A DNA stretch of 61,465 bases, filler included, from Sluysia triapertura (lineage: Eukaryota): NCBI GenBank assembly GCA_046118255.1. It is 5 parts of 5 records of this genome, joined end to end, with 100 filler letters (N's around TTAATTAATTAA, not from the genome) between each part and the next. Parts side by side here need not be neighbours in the genome. Positions count along the whole stretch, not along the records: positions 14,139 to 25,593 come from JBJNIA010184568.1; 4 more parts are not named here. The stretch is one strand, 5' to 3'. The first letter of the stretch is position 1. Every line of letters begins with the position of its first letter. The translations under genes were made by a program, and so were the position numbers. The notes under the pieces were generated by a model that worked only from the letters and a program-made list of their open reading frames with translations, made no database searches and was not told where the DNA came from. Below are positions 14,039 through 25,693 of this stretch, one piece after another.

Positions 14039-14138
14039 NNNNNNNNNNNNNNNNNNNNNNNNNNNNNNNNNNNNNNNNNNNNTTAATTAATTAANNNNNN
14101 NNNNNNNNNNNNNNNNNNNNNNNNNNNNNNNNNNNNNN
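14039..14138. other. Artificial contig spacer
   Basis: 44 N + TTAATTAATTAA (stops in all six frames) + 44 N. Confidence 0.97.
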
Positions 14139-14251
14139 TCTTATAATTTACAAAGTACAAAGACTATTGTGATTACGAAAATATAAACAATCATACTTTG
14201 TAATATTTAAATTGGTTTAAAATTAATATGATAGTCTTATTTAAAAACTTT

Positions 14252-15862
14252 TTACGTCATATACTGCAGACACTTAAAAAATTAAGGTTAAACTTACCAA
14301 TATTAATTTTGAATTTGTCTGATAAGTAGAATTTTGATTAATTATATATATTTTTTCTTAAGGGAACATTTTATAATTTGGCACATTTTAAAAAATAATT
14401 TTAAATAAACATAATCATATAAAAAATATATTTCATTTAAAATTTTATAAACATACATTTTCAGAAACACTTTCCTTAGCTCCGTCGAAATGATTGTTGT
14501 TTATATCCATTGCAGTAGAATTAAATGACATTTGTTGTAACATTAAACTAGGATTTTGTGAGTTAGATGATTTCTTTGATATTTCTATAAAATAATAATA
14601 ATAATGCTAATAATAATAATAATATAGTTATATTATTTATTAATTAGACTTATATTATTTATGATGAGTAACTTTAGAAATTTGTCGTAAATAATTCTTT
14701 CTTTTATTACTGACATGTAAATTATAGTCTTTACAAGATGGAAGTGAATTAGAGCTGTTTCAAATAAATGGAAAAATAAAAAAGCGCTAAGTTGTATATA
14801 CGAAACAATAATTTGAACAGTAAATTATACTTATTAAACTAACACAAATATCTTTCACAGTTACTTTGTTGGAAAATTTTTTAAACAGATTTAAGTGAAG
14901 ATTTATTTAAATTATTCGCGATTTAATTATTAAACATAATGGAATAAATAGTCACTATATTATTACTTGTACTGGATACGTCAAATTTATACCGAATTTT
15001 TTCCTTTCACCTATCTGATCCATGCGTATTGTAATGGTCATTTTATGCCCTTCGTTACTCTTGTGTAGAATAAATATCTGGCCATATGTTTATCAATATT
15101 CATCTAATCATTAATATTTTACATTATAACCCAAACATCTAGCTCTACCTTCGTCAGCTGGTCATGTGCTTCCTACCTTTATTAGTATTATTTTACTATT
15201 TCCTTATTATTAACTAATTGATATTATTAATAATACCAGTATTACAATTGCTGTGATTTTCTTAAATCTAAACGTACGGTAAAATAAAAATTGAGTAGGG
15301 TCCAGCTACAGTAAACATCTTACAACGTATAGTTGGCGTTCCTGTAACTTAAAGTTAATAATCTCACTATATCTACTCAAAAAATACGTTCAATACGTCT
15401 TTAACTTAGTAAGTGCTTTAATAGATCAAATTTTCAATTAATAATTATAAAACGTAGAACTTTTATTAACAACAATTTCTACAAAATGTTAAAAAATGTA
15501 AAACAACTATTAGAAATAAGATAATGTATTAAGAATCAAGTAATATTTAAAATTAAAATTCAATTTAATATTTAATTTTTAATTAATTTTAGTTCTTTAA
15601 AAATATTCTCCTCAGTAGACTGGAGCAAAAATTTATTAATTTAATTTAAGTTAATTTTACGATTTTTATCTCCTATAGGAAAATAAAAACATCTTAAATA
15701 AAATAATTTACCACACTCACGGAACTGATACAATAGATCGAAGAATATTTTGACACAGATACTAAAATTGTCAAAGCAAGATAATACCAAAATTGCCCAG
15801 GAAACTTAAAATGGCGAATTGAATTGAAAAAATGCAAAAAAGACGATTAAAACAAATGGCAT
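14252..15862 (-). CDS. Candidate multi-exon gene of unknown function with hydrophobic N-terminus and micro-exons (model incomplete)
   Basis: AG/GT-bounded open segments on the minus strand: 15804-15721 (FPGQFWYYLALTILVSVSKYSSIYCISS, donor GTGAGT), 15672-15661 (EIKI), 14584-14457 (ISKKSSNSQNPSLMLQQMSFNSTAMDINNNHFDGAKESVSEN, donor GTATGT), 14318-14298 (TNSKLIL, donor GTAAGT). No homology recognised, and one phase gap remains. Confidence 0.3.
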
Positions 15863-15930
15863 TTAAACAAATTGCAATTAGTGAAATTGATGCTAGTTTG
15901 TATACTAGTCATCAACCAATAGAAATCGAC

Positions 15931-15955
15931 AGAACATTCTAGAATGTTCTAGAAC
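15931..15955. promoter_or_regulatory. Perfect heat-shock-element-like array of 5 alternating nGAAn units, with a CCAAT box at 15916
   Basis: aGAAcaTTCtaGAAtgTTCtaGAAc matches the HSF consensus exactly. Confidence 0.5.
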
Positions 15956-17933
15956 AGAGGTCGGCAACATTTTGACTATGTGGGGCCGGATTGCGTGTTT
16001 TGAGAGTTCTTAAAAATATTATAAGAAAAATCCTATCAAAAGTATTTTTTTCAAATTGCTTAAAATCAATAAAATAATGATTCTTAAAAATATTTTAGTT
16101 CTACATATAATAAGCAAGTGAGATGACAAAAAACAATGTATTTTAAAAATATTTTTATTCAAAAATCCAAAATTTGAATAATTAATGGAAACTTGTTTTC
16201 TTAGTCACGTGAAAGCTTCTCAATATTGGATGTCAGGCCTGTCGATTATTCAAATCGGTTAATCTTGTTCTCAAATTGTTTTTAGTATATTTCAATTTTG
16301 AAAATAATTGCTTACATTGGTAAATACTTCCAAACACAAATGTCATCTGTTTTACGTGTTTCACTAGGTTAGGACTATTCCCATTAGAATAAATGTAATT
16401 TGTATAAAAATCAAGCAAAGATACATCGTTGGAGTGAAATTTTAATTTCAGTAAGTCGTCATATTGCATTTCAATCAACTTCATTTAAAGCATTCTGATA
16501 CACTACACACTTCTACATCAAAAGGATTAGCAAAAAGCTTGAATTCATCTTCGTGCAAGCAAAAGTCTGTAAAACAAGATGAGAACTCTTTCTTCAGATC
16601 TTTGATCATATTCACAAATATTTCTGGATTTTATGGTTTGTATTCTTAAAGGGATGGAAAATGTGCATAATTTGCATGTTGAAGCTGGTATTCCCACTGG
16701 TGTAGTTTTCTTTCAAATGCAAGAATATGACCAAACATTTCATTTATAATTCAAGTTATTTAAATGAATCGTAATGTCCACAAGAAACGCCAAATATATA
16801 AGCCAATCGGGATTGCTTTGAAGAAAAAGTACAATTTCATTATGTAAGTTTAATATTCTTTTGAGTATTGAAATTCTGCTTAGCCAGTGAACATTGGTAA
16901 AATAGACTAGGTCTCCACATTCAGCCTCTGTATCCACCAAAAATTGCCTAAATTGGCGATGATTTAATCCACGAGATAAGATCAGATTACAACTTTCACA
17001 AAAGTGACCATTATGTTCTTCAGTTTCAAATATTTGGCACATAAGGCTTCTTGATAAATAATGCAATGAATTTTCACCAACTGCTGTGGAATTTCAATAT
17101 TTTCCATGTGTTTCTGTAATAGTGTTCCCGCCATTGCCGATGCTCCGTCAGTTGTGATGCCAATTAGTTTTGAAATACCTAAGTTCACTTTGGGTATCAT
17201 ATTAATCACTACTTCAGAGATGTCTGCTCCAATAACTGTATCTTTCAAATGAATTTACTGAATAAATTCTTCAAAAACATGGAAACTCGAAGTCACTCCT
17301 CACACGAACTGTAAGCTCTGTAATCTCATCAACTGCAATTGAAAAATATTGCAATTTGATGACATCTGATGACATTTCTTCAATGCATCTTGTGACAGTC
17401 CTACCAGATAGACTTATGGAAGAAAATAATGGCTTTTTTATTTACCATTGTCATTAAACATTGTTTAACAACTTCACCATCCATAAACAGTTCATCTTTT
17501 CAGTGATAAGACTTGACACTTTAGAGCTTGCACGGGTATTCATTTCTTTTCTTCGTAAAAAGTGATGTAAGCTTTTCAAACTTTGATTTAAGCTTCTTGA
17601 TTCTCTCCTTGATTCTCCAGTAATTTTTTTAAATTTTCAAATGAATATCAAATAGCGCCTGATATTCACGCAACCTTTTCAAAGCAAATAAGACATATTG
17701 GCTTTCCATTTTATTCGATAAAAAAATAATCAAATGTCGAAATATCTTGAAAAATATGACACTATCAATTTACTCTCCTGATCTTTGAATTCATGGATTA
17801 AATTAAATATTGAATTTTAATGAATATTAAAATAATTTTCGTTTACTAGATTTATTATCATTACGGGCGAGTTAAATATCTTCATAAGTTTGTCAAAATC
17901 CATTTGCATAAAAATCAAGGTTGCCGACCCATG
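15955..17933 (-). mobile_element. hAT DNA transposon (Charlie/Buster/SPIN group, GTF2IRD2-like transposase), decayed
   Basis: TIRs CAGAGGTCGGCAAC and GTTGCCGACCCATG are 12/14 inverted. 8-bp TSD TTCTAGAA/TTCTTGAA. Broken ORFs carry ITTDGASAM, IHCIIYQEALCAK, RGLNHRQF, VHWLSR, LAFLVDIT and FGSIYQCKQLFS. Confidence 0.9.
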
Positions 17934-18297
17934 TTCTTGAATTTTCTTTTCTATTTTTAATAAGGAATTTCCTTTTTACAGAAAATAAGTTTTCTTTTTT
18001 AGAAAATAAGTTATTTTATTATAAGTTATAGTTATTTTATAGTTATTTTATTTTATAGTAGTTATTTTATTTTATTGAATTTGTTTTGAACACGGCTTCG
18101 ACAACTATAAACCATGTGTTTGGAAAACCAGTATCGTCCAAAAAAGAATTATGAGGGTGTGGCATTGACGTTGGTAAGTTGTTCTTGGTTTATTTGTGGT
18201 TGAAATTGTGGGTCATCATATGTACCAACAAGTAATTAATGGTTTATAGAGATAATGACCCCGTGTGTTATATTATAGTTGCAGAATTTTAATTGAG

Positions 18298-18333
<36 letters not shown>
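18298..18333. repeat. (ATT)n microsatellite
   Basis: Seen directly in the sequence. Confidence 0.9.
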
Positions 18334-18654
18334 GCAAAGAATAAATTATTACTATAAGATATTGTAAAAAATTGTAAAGAATAAATTATTATAAAACAAT
18401 TCATCTCATTGTTTACAAAATACTTATTTTTAACAATAAACATTTTATTACTTTTGTTATAAAATAATATTAATTTTGTTTAAAGAATTAAATGAAAATA
18501 ATTAAATTATTATAAAACAATTACTATAAACATTGCAAAGAATAAATTATAAAACGATTCATCTTATTGTTTACAAGAACAATACTTATTCTTACAATAA
18601 TTGTTAACAATAACATTTTATTACTTTTGAAAATAATATTAATTATTTTGTTAA

Positions 18655-18732
18655 CGTGTCGCCTCAAAGTGCGACTATAACCGCCAATTTTTGTTTTTAA
18701 TGAATGATGAGGAAAAAAAGTGTGTGAACGTG
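18655..18732. mobile_element. Short TTAA-flanked dispersed repeat (piggyBac-like MITE), copy 1
   Basis: Flanked by TTAA on both sides. Reverse complement of 41733-41807 (CCGCCAATTTTTGTTTTTAATGAATGATGAGGA). Confidence 0.6.
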
Positions 18733-19561
18733 TTAATAATTGTTGATAAAATAATAACCATTTTATTACTTATGAAAATGATATTAATTTTGTCATGATG
18801 AATTTATTAAATTATCTGCAAAAAAATAATAGTGTAATTGTGGAATAATAACATCACTATTATAAAAGCGTTATCTAATAAACAAGAAAAAAAGTATAAA
18901 TAACTGATACAATACATTGAAGGAAAAGTTGACACAGTCCATTGAAAATGGAAAAAACAGAATAAGGCAGTATTTAAGGTGTCAAATACTTACTAGAGAA
19001 GAAGGTATTTAATAATTATTTTTATATAACATCAACTCTCGAAACTCTTTCATTAGTTTGATTACATTTTTAAAGTTTTATTTTAACTAATATTTAGAAT
19101 ATTTTTAAAGTTTTAACATTTGAAATAATAAAATCTTTTAAAACTTTACTACTACTGGTTACGTGCGTTATTATCGGTATTACATTTTATACTTTAACTT
19201 TTATCAAAATTATTTTATTCGCAGTTTTATCCGTCGAAAACTGTAAATTATTTTCCGTTTTTGTATTGAGTAAATAAAGTAAATAAGTCATGTAATTGAC
19301 TTTGCTTTATTTTAAACATAAGAAGAGAAATTGAACTTTAATTCTATCAAACAAGAACACATTTCCATCTCTTACACCAGAAACGAGTGAACTGCAACCT
19401 CCAGTTTAATACGATAAGTGTTAGAAAACAATCACCGCGAGCTCAAGTTTTGCAATTTAAATAATAATAGAAGATAAGCAGGAGTTTCAGCTTTAATACA
19501 TGAGAATAACATATAAAATTACTACTTATTTATTCTAACATTATTGTAACATTGCACTTAC

Positions 19562-19628
<67 letters not shown>
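19562..19628. repeat. (AAT)n microsatellite
   Basis: Seen directly, about 22 units. Confidence 0.95.
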
Positions 19629-19633
<5 letters not shown>

Positions 19634-20737
19634 TTACTATTCATAATGGACATAAAATTAATAATTATATAATATAAATATATAACCCGAAGTTATTAAT
19701 TATAACACATCATTGAATATACAAAAACAAAAGAGATCATAACTACCGTTTCAAGCATCGAAACATCGAAAACAAAATAATTATAATTATTGAAATACAA
19801 AAAATAATTGTAAACAAAATTTTATAGATCAATTCATATAGAAAAATTCTCAATGTTAATAATGTGGCAATAAAGATGTAATAACTTTTACTTTCACTTT
19901 AGTTATTTTAGCATTATATTTTAGAATTATTTTGGTTCTTTTACGCAATAAGGAACTTTATATTTAGTTTCGAATCAATCCATTTTATTAATTTTACTAT
20001 ATTATAATTTGATTATTTGCTCATTTTTATTGAAATTATATTGAAATATAAAAAAATTCTTATAAACCTATATTGTTGCGTTACTATAAATTTTAACCAA
20101 TAAATGAATCCATACATGTACTAATTTAATTGATTTGAAAAGGAAAGAAAACCATCAATATATACTATAATAAATAATGAAAACTGTATCAATTATTAAA
20201 TATTTAAACACGAATTTAGAGTTAAAAATAATAATTAATTTATGCTTTGTATTTTTAATTGCTTAACTTTGATTAAACAAATATAAAAATATATTTTTTT
20301 ATTATCCTGAAATAGAATATGATTTCATCTTACATAGACTGAAAAATAATTTAGGTATATTAAGTAAGGTATTGATTTATTTTGATTAAATAATAATTTT
20401 TAATAATTAACATTAATTTTTTAATATTTTCTTATACAGCTTTCACATAATTCTCGAACTACACTCAGACTAATGAAGTGTAGTGAAGCTGAATATATTA
20501 TCAATTATCTAAAGATTCCTGCCAATAATGTCATGAAGTTTCACTTGATTGTATTTCAGTAAATATGTTTACAATATTATTGGTTTTTTGTTAATTATTT
20601 CGTACATCGATCTTGAACAAATAATAAATATTAAATCAAAAGTGACAGTTAGTTGCTTCACTGTTATGTTGAAAAATCCAAATTCAATATTTAAACATAC
20701 AATTTGTTAATTTCATACATCACATTTAACTAAAATA

Positions 20738-21215
20738 GTGACAAATTTGCCGCCAACATTAATCAATCTTGCCATTTCGAATCAAAACATCAAATCTACT
20801 GATGAGTCACAATTTCAACACATTTATCAATTAGAATATTTGAAAATTACATCTTGTGGATTATCAGTTATCGAATCAGCCACGTTTACTCCTTTATCCA
20901 TGCTATCTAATTTAAAGTTGCACAATTCTTTAGTAATACATTTAAACTATTACATTCAATCATATACATATTTGATGTTGGTTAATCTGAAATTACTAGA
21001 TTTATATACAATTATCTTCAAGTAATACCAAAGAGGTTTTTTACAATCTCGGTAATACTTTACTTCATCTAAATTTAGCTCATTCAAAAGCATTCATCAG
21101 TCTTACTCCAGAAACATTTGCTAATTTACAAAAATTACAAACACTAGATTTATCTTCCAACAATGTACTGACATTAGTTCGTAAATTTGAATATCAATTT
21201 GAAAACCAATTATAA
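20738..21215 (+). pseudogene. Extracellular-type leucine-rich repeat gene fragment, frameshifted
   Basis: LEYLKITSCGLSVIESATFTPLSMLSNLKL, then in a shifted frame LLHLNLAHSKAFISLTPETFANLQKLQTLDLSSNNVLTL (LxxLxLxxNxL). Confidence 0.7.
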
Positions 21216-22832
21216 ACTCCTCTTCGAAATGATAAAGATAGAGACTTGTTGAAGAACTTAAAATTATTGACAATTCATAATAATATTGCACAGGAAAGCT
21301 ATTTAGTTACTGAACTAAGCACTGAACATGAAAAAGTACAACTACATCTTACTTTTCCTAAAGATACAACACATTTCGACATGAAACTCAAGTTGTTAAA
21401 TGAAGTGTCAATGTTAAAAACTGCAATTGAAGAATTTCAACTTCACGGTTCAGCTGTTTTACCAAAATACAGCATTCAGTAACGAAAAATTATATCTTTA
21501 AATATGCTTAGATCAAAATGTGTAGATTTTGTGAAATTGTGTTACAAAATCGTCGAAAAGCGATAAAAAGCCGCCACGGAATATTTACAAATTGATAAAA
21601 TATATAAAAGATTTAGATGATAAGGATAAAACTTTACAAGATCAAGTTGTACAACCTGAAATTATGCATATAAATATTCAACGATTAAATTCTATGTTGA
21701 ATTGAATCGAAGCAGGTGTAACACAGATTAAAAAATTATAATTTACGACATTCCAGCATGTCCAACAAAATCACTGTTATCTCCAATATAAATGCGCTAC
21801 CAAATTTAATTTATTTTTGAAAAATTGCACATAATAAACTTGGTAGAGTATATACAAAATAAAACTTTCTCACAAATGTTGGTCCACCAAAAAATAAATT
21901 TAGTTTACGAAAATAAAGTCATTTAATCGTCTTAATAAAGATAACCATATATCAATGTTTAAAGATCTAATTAAAGATAATTAAAAATCTTTTGATCATT
22001 TTAATGAAAATAATCCTATATCAATGTTTAAAGATCTTTGTAAAGATGTAAACATAAAGTCACTTAATCTTCTTCGCGAAATTAATCTTATCTTATTTGT
22101 CTAAGATTCTTTGTTTTTGTTTTATTTTGCTTATTTTTTGATTTATGATTTTTTAGGCTTTTGGAAAATAAAATAAAGTTTTATAAAATTTTAATTTAGT
22201 TAAATTTTAAATAAGATTTTTCTAATTTAGTTTCATTACACAAAAGAATAAGAATTACAATTTATACTTATGCCAAAAATGATTGCAACAATTACTGTTA
22301 CCAGAAAATAATTACTGCTCAAAATTATACCAAAGTGTAGCGAATTCAAATTCATGTTTCTTATGTGCTATTATTTTCTATGATTTATTTTCATTTTACA
22401 TTTTAAGGTGCTTATTTTGAGCTTACTAAGATATATTATAGTTATTTTATTTACAATTTTGTTATAAAATAAAAATTTTAAAAAATTAAATTTAAAAAAA
22501 TATACTTATAACCTAAATTAATATTATACAAATTATTATATTATATTAAAAATTAAATGTTAAATTAAATTTAAATTATTGTAGAGTTTATTAAATAGAA
22601 TAGTTATTATATAATAACTATAGAAATTATTTAGAAATTACATTAGAATTTATGCTATAGTAAAATTGGAATTACTGAAATAAATATTAACTATAAAATT
22701 TATTATTGCGTATATGTAAGGACCAACAAATTGCACTATTGAAGTTATTGAAGACTTGTAACAGTCACTGAAGATTTGTAACAATTCTATTGAAGACTAT
22801 TGTTAGGTTTCTTGAATTAAAGCTTTAAATTA

Positions 22833-23338
22833 TTTGGTTGGTGCATAAATTCGTGCGGTTTTATTTGTTGCAAAGAAAACACACCAACTTCTTGTTTTAA
22901 GTGATTTGAGTTATATTCATTCAGCTGAATTATCTATTTAAAACATTTTAGACTAAATTTCACTTTCAAATACCTTTATTAAAAGTGGAGGTAGGTAGAA
23001 ATGAACATTTATGGCATCTACTCCTTTTTTATTTTAATCAACACTTAAACACTGCAGAATCCATCTTTCTGGTCTCACGTTTGAAAATGAAGAAGCAATA
23101 ACCACGTGGATTGAAGAATTTTTCGACCAAAAATCACCGTGTTTCTTCAAACGTGAGATTGACGAACTGCCACAACGATGGAAGGAAGTGACGAAGAATA
23201 TCTCACTGATTGAGACTGAGATATTTTTTTCTAATGATTTAGTAAATTAATTTTATTACCTGGAATTTTTTGCATGGTTTTTATTCTTGATTAGTATGCA
23301 TTTTTCATAAAAACGCACGAACTTATGCACAAACCTAA
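22833..23338 (+). mobile_element. Internally deleted mariner element
   Basis: TA TSDs. ~29-bp TIRs TTTGGTTGGTGCATAAATTCGTGCGGTTTT and AAAACGCACGAACTTATGCACAAACCTAA. Retains N-terminal EHLWHLLLFYFNQ and C-terminal FENEEAITTWIEEFFDQKSPCFFKREIDELPQRWKEV. Confidence 0.88.
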
Positions 23339-23869
23339 TATATTTAATTTAAATGAGAATAAAAAGAATTCAACAATAAACTTATTGAATAAATTAATAT
23401 AAAATCGAACTCAAAATCACCATTATATTACGTGTGATACTCTTAACTTTGTCAAAAGTATTTTTATACATAGTTTTGTATTTAATAAAACTTGTATCTT
23501 AAATAAATCGTTTTATTTCGTTTACGTTCAAAAAAGGAGAAAGTTTGAAATTTTAAATTTATAAAATCACTATAGCACTTCCATCTCGGGCATAAAAGAC
23601 GCGTAGAGATTTTAACCTACAGATTAACGTTGACAATTGTAGTGATCAGCACCATTGCACAGGATTTTTACACGCCATAACACACCAATATTTACATCTA
23701 CATAACATTTAAATCATTCATCACTAAATTTACATTTAAAATCCAAAGTATGAAACTAGATAAAATTTCCATTTTCAATTTCACCAATTTCCTTTTTTAA
23801 CTCTTTTCCTTACTCATTTTCACTTTTCCTTAACCTCCTAGTTGTTTTCTAAATTCACATTTTCTATCA

Positions 23870-25460
23870 CAATGTAGTTCCAAAAGTAACTACTTCACTA
23901 AATCAATCGGATAGCAAACTGTCAAGTTAAAGTAATTTCAATCTCGATAAAACGTTAGAAGAAATCAGCATAAAATTTCGTCGAAAGTTAATAACGTCAT
24001 TATTAGGAAAAGAATTACAAGATTTATGTATAGAACAATTTGAAATAGAACTAGATTAATTGTTATTTTCGATTCAAAAAAGAAATAATTCAAGAACGAA
24101 ATCTGAAAAAAGATTATGAAGAATTGCTGGTGAATCCTACGAAGATGAAACATCTTCAAATAGAACATGGACGCAGAAATAAAGATATCAATAAAAATAA
24201 TCAAAATAAAATTAATTCACAACGTTTGGTACATAATAATAATGTTATTAATTTTAAAGCCATCCAAAACCAAGCCCTAATTCAGATTCAAATAAGTAAT
24301 AATAAACTACCACTTTGTCGTAATATTTCTCAGTTAAAAATGACTGAGGACCAAAACGCTATTTTTACAACAGTAAATAATTATGAATCAACAGATTAAG
24401 AAAATTGTAGCACAGAATGTCTTACAGAAATTGCAAGCATCTACTAAAAATCAAAATGCTGATCAGCAACAAATGATAAATGATAACAAACGAACACGGT
24501 ATATTCACAGTCACAACAAAATCTAGTACAAGGTGTTCTCCAACAAGATTTTCAATCAACATCTAATGATGTATTAATTTTATTTTTAATGGCGCTTTTA
24601 GTTTCAAGTCAACAGGAACAACAAAAACAACAAATAAATGCTTCATTTTTACAAAATCCTAATAGTGTTGCCTATCTGAAATTATAACAAGCTCTTTTAA
24701 TTCAGAATAAAGGTGTTTCTGGTTATATCAATTACTGAATCTTATACAAACAATTCATTATTAATTAGAAATATTATGCGGATATTTCAAAGTAATAATG
24801 GTAATAATCTTGACAATAATGGTAATACTATAAATCTTATGAACTATTAGTACAAAAGCTTTTAAAGAATAGAAATGATAATTATGTATAATATTAATAA
24901 TTTTATTTATAATAAAATTTTGAAATAAACTACTGCAACGTAATATGTTGTCTTTCTAATTGTCTATCTAGCCACCACAACAATCTACAAAATATTTATA
25001 TCATTCAAGTCGATATTTATGTTATTTTTTGCAAATACTAAATTTAATAGTGATCACAAGTATATTGGTCAACTGAAAATTTCTCACCTATGAAAATTAC
25101 TTACTGCAGTCTCGATTCCAATGTTTTTATTCATGTTCTATCGCAATGCAAATATAAATCTGCTAAACATCATGTTTATTCTAATGAATCAAATTTCTTC
25201 CATAAAGTAATAAAATGATTATTAATGAAGCTCATGCAAATGATTTAAATAAATTAAAAATTCATAATGAACTCACTAAATCGTTCAAAAATAGCCAGTT
25301 TCTAAACATAATCAAACTCTTTTATGAGATTTGCAAATCAATCATAAGTGGCGGTAATGTAAATAAATGGAAAAATTTTTACGAATTCATCATATATATT
25401 AGGAACGATATTCATAATAATAGCCCAAAGTTTTCAAATGCATTTTAAATACGAAATTTC
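23870..25460 (+). mobile_element. Probable decayed non-LTR retrotransposon (ORF1-like N/Q-rich region plus AP-endonuclease remnants)
   Basis: Motif traces in the expected order: ISITES (~24725), VY-PP (~24965), SDHKYI (~25050), NKWKNFYEFI (~25365). Many stops, and no RT domain seen. Confidence 0.4.
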
Positions 25461-25593
25461 ATGGAGAAATTGTTTTCATATAAAGTTAGCAAAATTAACA
25501 ACAGCAATGTAAATATTCCTAAATTTCATCAAATATATTAACAATTTCATTTTTTATTATTATTATAGAATAATTTCGCTATGTATCGAACCA

Positions 25594-25693
25594 NNNNNNN
25601 NNNNNNNNNNNNNNNNNNNNNNNNNNNNNNNNNNNNNTTAATTAATTAANNNNNNNNNNNNNNNNNNNNNNNNNNNNNNNNNNNNNNNNNNNN
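25594..25693. other. Artificial contig spacer
   Basis: 44 N + TTAATTAATTAA + 44 N. Confidence 0.97.

Noticed and set aside
14083-14094. TTAATTAATTAA repeated four times inside N runs as a biological repeat
   Set aside because: Identical 44N-12-44N format marks it as an assembly linker.
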